The notes beneath the pieces are model-generated. The model was not told the DNA's origin, ran no database searches, and saw only the letters and a list, made by a program, of their open reading frames with translations. DNA of 64,000 nt from Eledone cirrhosa (taxonomy: Eukaryota): contig OZ024757.1 in the NCBI GenBank assembly GCA_964016885.1, positions 7,068,001 to 7,132,000 on the forward strand. Direction: 5' to 3'. This document shows, in pieces, positions 49,263 through 62,900 of the stretch. Position numbers and translations under genes: made by a program. The stretch's first letter is position 1. Each line of letters starts with the position of its first letter.

Positions 49263-50162
49263 AATAATAATGATAATAATAATAAGGGAAGAAGACGCAC
49301 GAGGTGGTGGAAGGTCATGAAATCGCTCCCGTAAGTTTTGAATTTTTAACATATTTAAATCATTTGTGAAATAACAACTCTTAGTACAAATGCTACGTAA
49401 AGCATCCGGCTTGAGCCCCCAAAAATTCGGACCCAAAATATATTGTTATAAGGCTCAAATATTCAAATATTCAACTTTGTATTGTACATTGTATATCAAA
49501 AAAAGAAAATGGCTATAAATGGAAGAAGACCCCCCCCCCCTCCTCTGTCTACACTATATAGAACAGCCATTTCAATTTCACCACCATCACTCACTGCTGC
49601 CATCATTACCACCACTATCCCATCACCGCCGCCACCACTCCTTCATTGCTGCCACCGCTACAACACCATCACTACAGTAATACGATCACATCACCACCAC
49701 CACTGCCTCGGTATCGACATCACCACCACCACTGTCTCAGTATCGCTACCGCCGCTACTGTCACCCACTTATCTCAGTTGGCTGCTGCCACCACATTATA
49801 GAATCCCTACTACTAAAAAAGAGGAAGGCATCAACATATATAAATAGACTCAAAAGAAAAAAGAAAAAACAAACAACAAAACCAAAGCAGCACAGCAAAA
49901 GCCGGGAAAAAAAAAAAAAAAAAAAAAACGTAAAGAAAATAAGAATGAAGAGAGGAACAAGCGGAAGGACAAAGAAGAGGGGGGAAAAACTAAGTCAGAC
50001 ATTCGAACACTACATTACAATGAAACTTATGCTTATTCATTTTTGGGGTCTTTTCTGCCTATGTGTTTGTTTGTTTATCTGTGTTCGTCTACAGCGTGGT
50101 GATAATGCCACACAAGCGCCAATTGGAGCGGCGCAAACACCGGCGGCGGTGAATCCACAGAT

Positions 50163-53100
50163 GGCTAAGTAACCATACATTCGCCGATCCTCGATAAGAG
50201 TGTTTAAATATCGAACCTAAACAGTTCGAATAACGGTGAAATGGAGACTAGAACGTCATGTGACAGACTCTCACCCAACAGGTGCTCCCTAGCTCAGCAG
50301 CAGGAACCTGACTGTCAACAAAATACTGCTGACGGTGGAGGAAGACGAAGAAGGAAAGGGGCCAGAACCAACTGGACGAAAGAATTGAATAGAACTGTTA
50401 TGCAATGTTACCTGAAAAGTAACCCCAAGGAGAGGGGCTATAGGAGACGGATGCATAACATCTGGGACGAGATTGGTCTATTTAAATTAGATGAACAAAA
50501 ATTGGCCGGGCAGGCTCGGGTAATAAGAACTAATGGGTGGATAAGCGAGCTGGAACTGGAGGAACTGAGCAGAGAGAATAGCTTGGAGATGGAGGGTGTA
50601 ATATGCCAGACAAATGAGCCAGAGGGAAATGAAGGTGAAGAGGTCGAGGGAACGGAGGAACCACCCGAAGCAGACAATGATCTGAATGCTGAGATAAATA
50701 ATACCTGGAACAGAGATACGGCCACTGAGGAGATGAATGCTGACGGGCTAGGACAAGATTCGGTTGACATCCTAAACTTAGTGGTAGATGAATTGAACAA
50801 TGATAGTGGGAGACCTATGAACCTAAGATTTGTAGACAGGAAAAAGTTAAATGAAACAACAGCTAAGGTAAACAAAGTCATCCCATACCTTGAGGCGAGG
50901 AGCCTTCACCAGTGCAACAATATCCTCAAAGCAACAGCAAATACGGTGAGGAAACTACTTGGTATAAAAGCGAGAGGAAACAACAGACAAGAAAGAGCAG
51001 AGCCTTGGTGGAAGAAACGACTGAGTGGTCAAATCAAGGAAATGAGGAATGACATACGAAAGCTTGAGTCCCTACTGAATGGGACACTAAAAAACATAGG
51101 CACTAAAAATAGACTGGAAATAAAGTACAAAACTAGGAGGAAAAAGCTAAATATTATCATAGAGGAACTGAAGCAACGCATTGTAGCAAAGAGTGCAAAA
51201 ATCAGGCGATACGAGAACAGAGTCAGTCAGTATAAACAGAACCGCATGTTCGACAACAACCAGAAGATGCTGTTTGGACAGCTTGAGGGGAAAGAAAGAG
51301 GCAACGACTTGATCGCTGGGGCGGAGCAAACTAAAACATTCTGGAGAGGAATATGGGAGCAGGATGTTAGACATAATGTCCAGGCAGGGTGGATTGAGAC
51401 AGTACAGAGGGAGATCGGTGAGCAGGCACACCAACAAACTGATTTGAGTATCACAGTTGAAACTCTTAAGGGGCAGGCCAAAATACTAACCAACTGGAAA
51501 TCACCAGGCCCAGATGGTGTGCAGGGGTATTGGATTAAAAATTTAACATCCCTCCACCCGAAGCTGACGGCCATGTTCAATGACTGCTTGGTGTCGGGTG
51601 AGGTGCCAGAGTGGTTGACAAAAGGTACCACAGTTCTGATAATGAAAGACAGAATCAAGGGTAATGATGTTACCAACTATAGATCTATCACATGTCTGTC
51701 CGTAATGTGGAAACTGTTGACGAGCATTGTGTCTGAGGAAATCTACCATCACCTCCACACAAACAACTTGTTACCGGACGAACAGAAAGGATGCCGAAAG
51801 AAGTCACGTGGTACAAAGGACCAGTTGCTTATTGATAAGATGGTAATGGGGAATTGCAGGAGGAGACACACTGATCTTGCCATGGGATGGATAGACTACA
51901 GAAGGGCATTTGACATGGTGCCTCATTCTTGGATCACCAAAAGCCTGGAGATCTTCAGGGTGGCAGATAACATCAGACAGTTGCTGGGCAGGAGTATGGG
52001 GTCCTGGGAGACAGAGTTGACATCAACTGGAGTATACTTGGGAAGCGTGAAGATCAAGAGAGGTATCTTCCAGGGAGATAGCCTGTCCCCTCTGTTGTTT
52101 GTCCTTGCCCTGATGCCCTTGACCATTATGCTGCGAAAAGTGAGAGCAGGATACAAGTTGGGAATGGGAGAGCTTACCATCAATCACCTCCTCTTCATGG
52201 ACGATCTTAAGCTCTTCGGGAAAAGTGAGAAGGAGTTGGATGTGCTTGTTGACACTGTCCGTATTTTCAGCAGTGATATATGTATGCAGTTTGGTATTAG
52301 TAAATGTGGAGTCATTGTGATGAGGAGGGGTAGGTTGAGCAGAAGTAACGGGATCCAGATACCAACAGGTGAGATGATAAAGGAAATTGACTCTGAGGAA
52401 GAATACAAGTATTTGGGCGTTCTAGAGGCTGATGGCATAAAGAACAAAAAAATGAAGGAATTGTTAAGAACTGAATACATTCGGAGAGTAAGAAGCGTAT
52501 TGAAGTCACATCTGAACAGCAGAAATTGCCATAAGCGCTGTAAATTCCCGCGCTGTGTCTATTATTAGGTACAGTGCGGGAATTCTGAGATGGAATGTTG
52601 CTGAACAAAAAGAAATGGATAGGAAGACTAGGAAGCTATTGACTATCTACAACATGTTCCACAAGATAGACTCTACCTAAGGAGATCTGAGGGTGGAAGA
52701 GGTCTTATCAGCATAGAGGACTGTGTTCAGATGGAGAAAAACAACCTATACAAATACGTGACCTATAGTAAGGAGCCAATGCTCAGAACTGTACTGAAGG
52801 AGGGGACAGTAGGCAAGGGGATGTCCAAGGAGGAAATAACATCAAGGAGGAAGAGCAGCCTTAAGGGAAAATCCCTTCATAGTACCTTCTTTGAGAAAAC
52901 TGAATTTAGAGATCCACAGACATGGAACTGGTTGAGAAGAGGAGACCTCAAAAAGGCTACAGAAGGAATGCTAATGGCTGCGCAGGAGCAGGCCCTCAAA
53001 ACAAAGTGGTTGAAGCACCATATTTACAAGGAGGAGGCTAGCCCACTGTGCAGGATCTGTGGAGAGAGAGAGGAGACTGTGGCTCACATTGTGTCCGAAT

Positions 53101-53693
53101 GTAAACACCTAGCCCAGACCCACTATAAGGGCTGGAGACACGATGTGATGGGCAGGGTGATCCACTGGCACCTGTGCAAAGTAAACAATTTACCACATTC
53201 TGAGAAATGGTATGAGCATAGGCCAGAGGCGGTGATGGAGAACAATCAGGTGAAGGTGCTGTGGGATTTTAGGATACAGACGGACAAAAAACTGGAACAC
53301 AATAGACCTGACCTGGTGGTTGTGGACAAAGAAAAAAGATCGTGTCTGATTGTGGATGTGGCCTGCCCTTTCGACACGAGAGTGCAAGAAAAGGAGAGGG
53401 AGAAAATTAACCGATACCAGGACCTAAAGTGGGAGGTGAAAAGGATTTGGAACTGCCATGAAGTCAAAGTGATCCCGATTGTCATAGGCACACTGGGGAC
53501 TATCTCCAAAAGTTTCCAGGGATGGTTAAAGAAAATCGGCCCCTTCACGCTTTTTGGAACGCTTCAAAAGGCATGCTAGCTGGGAACAGCAAGAACCCTC
53601 CGATACGTCCTGAATATCTGAGGCTGCAGGTAGTGGCTTGATATTCATTCCAACGGACTTTCCAGTTAACCAACATCAATGACTGAGATTCAA
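50163..53693 (+). mobile_element. R4/Dong subfamily A, near full length, frameshifted
   Basis: ORFs 50241-52568 and 52731-53579 are near-identical to 20097-23486. No (AAT)n at either junction. Confidence 0.95.
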
Positions 53694-53761
53694 AAAATTA
53701 CCCTATTTATAAAAATACGGAAATATATATGTATATATATATACACGTATATGTACTTCCT

Positions 53762-53868
53762 GAAAAAAGAAAAAAGAAAAAAGAAAAAAGAAAAAAGAAA
53801 AAAGAAAAAAAGAAAAAAGAAAAAAGAAAAAAGAAAAAAGAAAAAAGAAAAAAGAAAAAAGAAAAAAG
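53762..53868. repeat. (GAAAAAA)n
   Basis: Directly visible. Confidence 0.95.
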
Positions 53869-54546
53869 AGAAAATTATGTCTAACTCTAGTCAATAATAT
53901 AGACATACATATGACTTCACCTGATCAACTCTATAATTTCTTGTGTCATGAAAAAATGTCTTGTGTTATAAAAATTTCACTGTATATATACATAAAATAT
54001 ACGATTAATATTCATGTCCTCACATATATTATTACCGTTCATGTATTTAATATTATGCATATCTGTAGCATATACAGAACCATACCTAAATATATATATA
54101 TATGTATATATAAAATATCTGCGTGAGTTTTCCAGCATCTTTACGCACATATACAGACACATGAATACATAAAATAAACTCTATAAACCTTCTATATGCA
54201 TGTTAATACACATATGGCCTTTGTATAGAGATAATCAAATATCAATATATCAGCACAGAAACATCAAAACATTAAAATACTTTCAACACACTATAGAGTA
54301 TCTCAGGCCAAAAACAATATGCTTCATATATTTACTACAGAAATCTATCCTTCCTATATTTCAAACAATATATTGCAAAGTTAGTTAGAAGCTATTAGAG
54401 TCAAAAACAAATAAAAAACAAAAATTATTGTGCTTAACACTATAACTAAATAATTATAAACAATTCATTATCCAGACAGCTTCCTAATATAATGGTCGCT
54501 TATAATATGGTACGTCAAAATTACATATAAAATTGTTTATATATTG

Positions 54547-54612
54547 TATTTTATCTGACGAAGGCATGCCATATTTTTAATATGGTATCCCTAAAATATG
54601 TATAATGAAATA
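54547..54612 (+). ncRNA. Hammerhead ribozyme in 5' pLTR, core-mutated (GAAA>AAAA at 54593)
   Basis: Identical to 57526-57591 except for the core G. Confidence 0.7.
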
Positions 54613-57525
54613 AATATGGTTTTATAAATATAGTTTCCATTTGTTTAATATCGTATATCTACTCCAAAATCTTATCGAGTGCTTTATATCAGTTATAAAA
54701 TATTTACTTGTTGTAACCCAACAATTTTAAATGAAACTTTTGCGTATATTTTTGCTCCAATATTGTTGAGCGCTTTATATTATAACTGAAAAAATGGAAT
54801 TCTTTAAGTTATCTTCTTCTCTAAAAGACATACCTCTACCTAGGAACAAATACTTTATTAAACAATTAATAGAAAAATCAGACTCTTTTATAAGAAGAAT
54901 CAGGTGGCGTGCCTTCCACTTTGATAAATCTAATCTAAATGAAAATGTTTCAGATTTGGATAACATTTTCAAATCTAAAAAAATCCACACCCCAACAAAC
55001 TATTAATGGATTTTGAAAACGATATAATTTCTATCATCCAAGGAATCAAATTCAAGAGAAACTTCAAAGGCCAGGACTATCTAAGATGCATTAAGGATAA
55101 TATTGAAGGCTTGGAAAAAACAGAGAAGATCTTAGTGAAATCGGACAAAACCAGTAACCTTTATGGAGTACAAAAGGACATGTATAACGGCCTTATATTG
55201 AAAGAACTAAGGAAAAAGTACAAGGTAGCAAGTAAGGACGAACTGGAAAAAATGAATACAGAGGCATCTTGTATAATGCATGAATTAGACATTGAGAATA
55301 AAACACAACCCTTCACCCTAGGAAACCCAAGATCAATATGAAAGATCACAAAAGAAATTTTGAAAATGATTTGCCAGTCAGATTGATTGCACCATCAAAA
55401 TCTGACTTGGGAAAACTTAGAAAAAATATTCTAGACAGGGTAATACAGCAAATTAAAAACTTACATAATTTACCTTACTTAAAGTTATGGAAGGGGACTG
55501 GTGAGGTTATTGAGTGGTTTAAAGAAATTAAATATAACTATAATAATAAGTTTATTCAACTTGATATTGCTAACTACTATTCATCTATCACTCCTAATCT
55601 ACTGAATAAGGCACTAAATTACGCATTTAAACATACAGACCTAACTAGCAATGAAATGCACATTATATTATCGGCAAGGAAAACATTGATAGAATTTAAT
55701 AACCAACTATGGACTAGGGCAGATAGAGATAATAATTTCAGCATAACTATGGGATCATATGACTCAGCTCAGGTAACGGATCTTGTGGACCTATTTATAA
55801 TTAATTCGCTGCATAAAAAAAATACCAGGTGTAACCGGAGGATTATATCGTGATGACATGCTTTTACTTATTGAAAATAATAACTGTGAACTAAATAGAA
55901 AAAGAAAACAAATTATACAATTTTTTAATTACCTTAATCTAAAAATAGAAATAGAGAATAACCATAGAATAGTCAATTTCCTGGATATAACACTAAATCT
56001 CAACACATGTCTTCACTATCCATTTCACAAACTAAATGAGAACTTGAATTATGTCAATTTTAAATCTAATCACCCCAGATCTGTTAAAAATACTATAGTG
56101 AACTCTGTTCAAGAACGAATTTCAAGAATTTCATCTAATAAAAATATTTTTGATGAAAAAGCGCAGTATTACAATGAAGCGTTAGCTAGAGCAGGATATA
56201 GTGATAAAATTAAGTACATCGATAATAATAAGCAAACTAACCAAAATAATAACAATTTTAATTACGGTAACAACATTAACAACTATAATAGAAAACATTA
56301 CAATAATTCCAAAAGCCGAAAAAGAAATAGAACTAGAAATATAATATGGTTTGCCCCCCCCCCCCCCCTGTTTTCACTAAATATTAAAACCCATATTGCT
56401 AAACTATTCTTTAATGCTCTTGACAAACGCTTCCCTAGAACACATAAATATCACTCAATTTTTAATAGACATACTATAAAATTAACTTACTCGTCCACCA
56501 AAAATTTAGCACAAAATATTAACAGAATTAATAATAGGAATTTAAAACCTAACCAAAATACCAATGATAACCCAAACAATATTCAATTAAATAACTGTAA
56601 CTGTAGAAATAAATCTAACTGTCCGTTAAATTACAATTGCTTAGTTAAAAATGTAGTATACAATTGTAATGTTAAAACTAACTTAAATTCTTTCAACTAT
56701 GTTGGTTCCACCTCGACAGAATTTAAACTTCGCTTCAATAATCATAAGAATTCTTTCACAGATCCAAACAAAAAATCCTCAACCTCGCTATCAAGCCTAC
56801 TCTGGCAACTTAAACGAGATAATGTTAAGTATTCGATGTTTTGGAATATTGTCTCAAAAGGGATTCCTTTTAATTCCTCATCAGAGACATGTGATCTCTG
56901 TGTGGAGGAGGTATTCTTTATATTAAAGTCCAAACATTTCCTTAATTTAAGGAGCAATTTATTCAGTTGCTGCAGACATAGATTGAACTCAACGTTTAAA
57001 TATAAATATAAATTTTAAATGTAGTATAATTAATTAAGAAATTTAGTTAATATATGAAACCTGACGATAAATCATTTGATTCCTTCACCTTTTTCTTTTT
57101 AAACCTTCTTCCTAAATATAAACAAAGATGTAATAAACTACTCTAAATTTTACGCAAGATAAATTTCTATACTAAATATAAGAGCATCCGTAGAATCACT
57201 GGGTCTTCTAAATCTTTTAAATAATTATTATCCTTCTCTCTATATATAGGACTCCCTCTCTCTTGAGTTTCTCTATATGTATGGGGAATTATTATTTATC
57301 TGTTGCTTTCGTTTGCCTCTCTTATTTCTTTCTCCTATCTATTTATATATTTTTTCTCTCTCTCCTTTTCTTTCTCTCCGTTTCTTTCTCTCCGTCTTTC
57401 TTCTAACTGTGCTTAACACTATAACTAAATAATTATAAACAATTCATTATCCAGACAGCTTCCTAATATAATGGTCGCTTATAATATGGTACGTCAAAAT
57501 TATTTATAAAACTGTTTATATATTG

Positions 57526-57591
57526 TATTTTATCTGACGAAGGCATGCCATATTTTTAATATGGTATCCCTGAAATATGTATAATGAAATA
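57526..57591 (+). ncRNA. Minimal type I hammerhead ribozyme in 3' pLTR
   Basis: Stem I UAUUUUAU/AUGAAAUA; core CUGACGA; long stem II AGG-C-AUGCCAUAUU/AAUAUGGUAU-C-CCU; GAAA-UAUGUA-UA. Predicted cleavage after 57583. Confidence 0.8.
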
Positions 57592-57719
57592 AATATGGTT
57601 TTATAAATATAGTTTCCATTTGTTTAATATCGTATATCTACTCCAAAAACTTGTCGAGTGCTTTATATCAGTTATAAAATATTTACTTGTTGTAACCCAA
57701 CTATTTTAAATAAAACTTT

Positions 57720-57722
<3 letters not shown>

Positions 57723-57780
<58 letters not shown>
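57723..57780. repeat. (TA)n
   Basis: Directly visible. Confidence 0.95.
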
Positions 57781-57782
<2 letters not shown>

Positions 57783-57833
57783 GAAAAACAAAAACATTTG
57801 AGTCACATTTGAAAAAGGCAAGTTGTAAATGCA

Positions 57834-58015
<182 letters not shown>

Positions 58016-58289
58016 CTAGTAGTAGAAAAATATTAGCATTTCAAATGTAAGATATAAAGAAGATACATGACATTTTTTTAAGTTCATCATATTGAGATTT
58101 TTTTAAACTTAACCCTTTTCTTACAATATTTCTAATGAAGTTCACTGACTACGATTGATTTTCAAATAATTTTTAGAAATAATCAAGAATTTGGAGCGAC
58201 TTGAAAATAACTAACTTCCTCATTATTAAATTGATGTTTATAACATAAGTTAAAAAGTTCTTTCATAGAATTATGATGAAAGGTTTCAT

Positions 58290-58332
58290 GATCATCATCG
58301 TCGTTTAACATCCATCTTCCACGCTAGCATTT
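58290..58332 (-). mobile_element. RTE 3' tail fragment
   Basis: ATCATCATCGTCGTTTAACATCCATCTTCCACGCTAGCAT matches the RTE ends at 59950 and 63037. Confidence 0.7.
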
Positions 58333-58517
58333 GGTTTATAGATAAATATAAATTTTCTAAATTAGTTTAACAGAACCAGAACATGTTTTGAGCAGTTTGA
58401 TATAAAAAAAAGGTGAATTCATAAATAGTAATCAGTAAGGTGTCACAAAATTTATCTAAAATAAACATTATTTATTGAAAACATTGAATTAAAATTAACT
58501 CTGTATCATCATGATGT

Positions 58518-58650
58518 GAAGGCACATGGCTTAGTGGTTGGATTTGCAATCATGAGGTTGTGAGTTCAATTCTCAGACCGGGTGATGTGTTGTGTCCTTG
58601 AACAAGACATTATTTCACGTTGCTCCTTCTGCCAGGAGTTGCAACCAGTA
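58518..58650 (+). mobile_element. Second tRNA-derived SINE family
   Basis: TGGCTTAGTGG A-box, GAGTTCAATTC B-box, GTTGTGTCCTTGAACAAGACA core-like block. Confidence 0.65.
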
Positions 58651-59254
58651 TCAACAATGGAAAAATGGAAAAACCAATGGAAACATTGTTTCCTTGGTCC
58701 GATTTGATGAGGTCCACCGCACTTGGCAAGCGAATGAGGTCTGGGATCTTGATCGATCGGAGTGAGAGCGATCATCATTATTGCTCAACTACAGTAAGAG
58801 ACAGTCACAATCGTCCTCCACCAACTGCAGCTTTTTATAATCCCTTGTGGTCCTGTAGTCAAATTCTTGATTATTTTCAAAATAACTTGAAAACCATGGG
58901 CAATGTCTTTCATTAGAAATATACTAACTGAAGGGTTAAACCAGGTAACAGATTAAGTCTATCACCTGATTTGAGGGAAATTTGTCTTTAATTTTTAGCA
59001 TGTAGAGTGACCACATAGAGCCTCCTGTGTTAGCAGTCTCATTAGAAACATGGAAACTAAAGGTTTAGATCTCTCCAAATTCTTGATTTTTTTTTTTTTT
59101 TTCAAAATTATTTGAAATCAAAGGCACAGTACTTCATTGAAAATATGATTAACAAAAAAAAGTTAAAAAACCAAATTTAAAAAAAAAATGGGACGATGAA
59201 GTGGAAGGGTTAGAAATAACGGAAAATAATAAAATATTAATTAAACATATTTAC

Positions 59255-59459
59255 ATTTCTCCCTAAAGCATGTAGGGTATTAACAACGTGTAACATATTT
59301 ACTTTGTCATAAAGGTCAACAGTCTGGAAGAGGTCATTCTTCATCACACCATAGTCTTCAGTGGCTTTTAGAAAGTTTGCGATATTCTCCATCATATAAA
59401 AGGCAGATTTCTTATCATTTATTTTTTTTATGCTGTTCGGGGCTAATTAGTTCATTAAT
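59255..59459 (-). pseudogene. Myophilin/transgelin-like exon, calponin-homology domain C-half
   Basis: Acceptor TTTTCTTAACAG, LMN*LAPNSIKKINDKKSAFYMMENIANFLKATEDYGVMKNDLFQTVDLYDKVNMLHVVNTLHALGRN, donor GTAAAT. Phase 0 matches the exon at 58015. TAA at 59447-59449. Confidence 0.9.
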
Positions 59460-59949
59460 CTGTTAAGAAAATTAAATTAATTAATAATAAATGAATAAAT
59501 TCAACAAGTTAAGGTTAGTGGGAGAATTGAAGGAAGATATCTCTGGACCTCTTTGATACCAAACTGCCTGAAACCACCCCTGGTTCGATAATAAAAAGCT
59601 GTGTTATTTTAAAGTACTAGGATTTTTTTCAACATGCTGACGTGTATGTGTATATGTGTGTGTGTGTGTACGTGCATATGCATACATTTATATGTATGAG
59701 TATATAAATATAAACACAAAAATACACTCACGGGCATACATTCCCACAAATACACACATTCACACAAACATACACAAACACTCACACACAGCATATCAAA
59801 TGGAACACCAGTGACCGTTTTGCTATAGTTTTTCACCATCCTTCTTTCCTTTTACACACACACAGTGTGTGTATGTGTGTGAGACAGAAGTCGCTGAAAT
59901 TTATATATAGAATGACATTTATCTAAAAGGAAAAATCAAACATTCCATT

Positions 59950-62900
59950 CATCATCATCATCATCATCGTTTAACGTCCATTTTCCACGCTAGCATGGGT
60001 TAGACGGGAGTTGTCCAATTTGAGGCAAGGCTGGTCGGGTAACCGTCTCCTCATATAGGACTATCTGGAAGGTTTTCTACGGCTGGATGCCCTTCCTAAC
60101 ACCAACCACATTTACTGCGTGGAACTGGGAACTTTTTACCGTGTTACCTACACGGCCACATTACAGTGTGGACTGTGTGTTTTTTTGTCGTGACACCTAC
60201 ACGATATCGAGCTCATTTTCTCGTGCTGTTGGTGGGAGTGGGAGCATAGGGTAGGGGTAGTGGACTGGGGTGTATATTTGGTCAAGAGGTGCCTACTGAC
60301 TGTAGGTTTCACTTTGTACATAGGCAAGGCGGGTCTTCTGTATTTCATCCCAGGTTTTTCTGCGTCTACCTACTCCGTAACTACCATCAATTTTGATCGC
60401 CCTACTGTTTTTTATGCAGCTGTCGTCTTTCACTCGCATCGCGTGACCATACCAAGGTAGTCTTCTCTCGAGTAAACAGAAGCTGATCCTTCTTATTCCT
60501 AATTTCTCACTTAGTTCATTTATGCTTTGCTGTTCACGTATATTACTATTACACATCCAACGGAGCATACATGCTTCGTTCCTTTCCAGTCTACGCAGGT
60601 CCTCTGCACGTAATGCCCATGTCTCACTGCCATGTAGCATTGCTGTTCATATACAAGCATCATACAATATGCCTTTCATTTTTAGAGAGCAACCTTTTGT
60701 GGCCAACAGCGGTATAAGCTCTCTGAACTTTTTCCATCCCGTTCTGACTGGCTACTGTACTTTCAGAACACCCTCCACCACTGCTGATTTCGTCACCCAG
60801 GTAACGTAAAGTGTCTAGTATTTCTACAGAACCATCTGGGCAATAAAAGGAGCTAGTATCCTTTGGACACTTGCTACTTATTGCACCTGAGCAGCAGCCA
60901 CATATGAAGTCTACGTTCTTAGATAGTTTACCTGTGATGCCCACTACATCTTTTATGTACCCATACTTTGCATTTGGGACATAAAATGGAATTTCTACCT
61001 ACTCCTTTCCTACACACTGAGCATGGCCATTTCCCTGAGGGCACCTGTGCCCTATTTTCCTTTCTACAAACTAGAACTTTCGTCTTAGACAAGTTAACTT
61101 TAAGGCCTTTTGATTCTAGGCCATGCTTCCATGTTTGGAATTTCTTCTCTAGTTCAGCCATTGATTTAGCTATGAGTGTTAGATCATCAGCGTATAGGAG
61201 TTCCCATGGGCAGCCGCACTTAAACTCCTCTGTTATAGCCTGAAGGGCAATAATAAATAAGAGGGGGCTAAGGACAGAGCCTTGAGGAATGCCAACTTTT
61301 ACACTAAATTCTTAACAATATTCATTGTTAATTCTAACCTTACTGACTGTTTCATTATACATAGCTTGTATAGCTCTCACAAGCCATTCATCTACACCTA
61401 GTTTTCTGAGAGCCCACCAGATAATTGAGCGGGGGACTCTGTCAAAAGCTTTCTCCAGATCTACAAAAGCTAAGTAGAGGGGTTTACTTTTAGCTAGGTA
61501 CTTCTCTTGTAGTTGTCATACAAAGAAAAGAGCGTCTGTGGTACTTTTACATGGCACAAACCCAAACTGCATTTCATCTAGATCAATTCGCTCTCTGATT
61601 AGTTACGCTATAACTCTTTCTGTGACCTTCATGACCTGGTCAACTAACTTAATGCCTCTATAGTTTCCCCTATCTTGTAGCAGTTAATAATGATGCTGCT
61701 ACGCCAGTCTTTTGGTATGACCCCATTCTGTATTACTTAGTTAACTAAACGGGTGACCATAGTGTCTCGCACCATACCAGATGCCTTCAACATCTCAGCA
61801 ACTATCTCCGAAAACCCAGCTGCCTTGCCTGTCTTCATATCTTTGATTGCCTTACTTATTATACTACCTTTAACTTGCACCGCTGGTCCTTCTATTGGAT
61901 CGATTTGGGGCAGACTATCTTTTTCCCATTTATTCTCCTCATTTAATAGTCTCTCGTAGGTGACACTTCCTGGCTATCTTCTTATCAGTATCAGTGAGCG
62001 CAAGTACACCATTATCATTACAGACACACTTATCTTCGACAATATCTCAGTTTTCATTGACACATTGTCTAGCAATCCTGAACACCTCACGTTCTTGGTC
62101 CTCACGTTGTAGAACATGCTTGAACTTTCTATCCTCTGCTACCCTTTTTGCAAGGTACACTTGTCGCCTAGCTTGTCCCCTGGCCACTTGATAGTGCTCT
62201 CTACTTCCCCCATCCTGCGATACTTCCCAAGCCTGCTTTTTGCCCTTGATTGTCTCTTCCACCTTACTGTTCCACCACCGAGTTACTCTCCTCCTGCCAA
62301 TAGGTCTGCTCCAGCCACAGATTTCATCAGTTGCTTTCAGCAGGTTCACTTTCAAGAACTGCCACTGTTCCTCTATATTGCACGTCTCTAATTACTCTTC
62401 CTTATTGTCAAAGGCATCAAGTAATAGGCTTTTAAATTTGTCACTGGCTATGGGGTCCTTCAACTTCCATATTCTTCTCCTCAAGGTAGGCCTCCTCTGT
62501 CGTCGAGTACGTCTATTCCTGACTATGAGGTCACTAACTACTAGGCTATGTTGGGAGGTGCATTCTTCACGGGGGAGGGATTTAGTGTTTACAACAGACA
62601 TTTTGTCCCGTCTTCTAGTAAGGATATAATCCATCTGGCTGGCGTGTTCCTCTGATCTATAGGTGATCAAGTGGTTTTCACGTTTTTTGAAGTTTGTGTT
62701 ACAGATAGTGAGGCTATTTGTATCACAGAATTCCAGGATTCTGAAGCCCTCCTCATTTCTATTTCCAACCCCATAGCCTCCATGAATTCCATCATAGCCA
62801 TCACTATGTTGTCCAACATGACCGTTTAGATCGCCAACAATAATTAAGTAGTCACTGTCGGTTATTTGGGAGGTAGTGTGCATTAGCATATCATAGAACC

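Larger units (their letters stand above)
54429..57728 (+). mobile_element. Penelope-like element with direct ~320-bp pLTRs (54429-54749, 57408-57728), RT + C-terminal GIY-YIG
   Basis: Frameshifted ORF 54794-57018: KSDKTSNLY, QLDIANYY, ITMGSYDSAQ, LYRDD, NFLDITL, SNHP, CNC..CPL..C, VVY..YVGST..R..NH, CCRHR. Repeat offset 2979. Ends in (TA)n. Confidence 0.92.
58109..59166. mobile_element. Possible non-autonomous DNA transposon (TTAA-ended, ~60-bp imperfect TIRs) in the myophilin intron
   Basis: TTAACCCTTTTCTTACAATATTTCTAATGAAGT..TTTCAAATAATTTT versus the reverse complement of 59103-59166, TTAACTTTTTTTTGTTAATCATATTTTCAATGAAGT..TTTCAAATAATTTT. Confidence 0.5.

Noticed and set aside
53679-53906. 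Lys-rich and Phe-rich ORFs
   Set aside because: Translation of (GAAAAAA)n.
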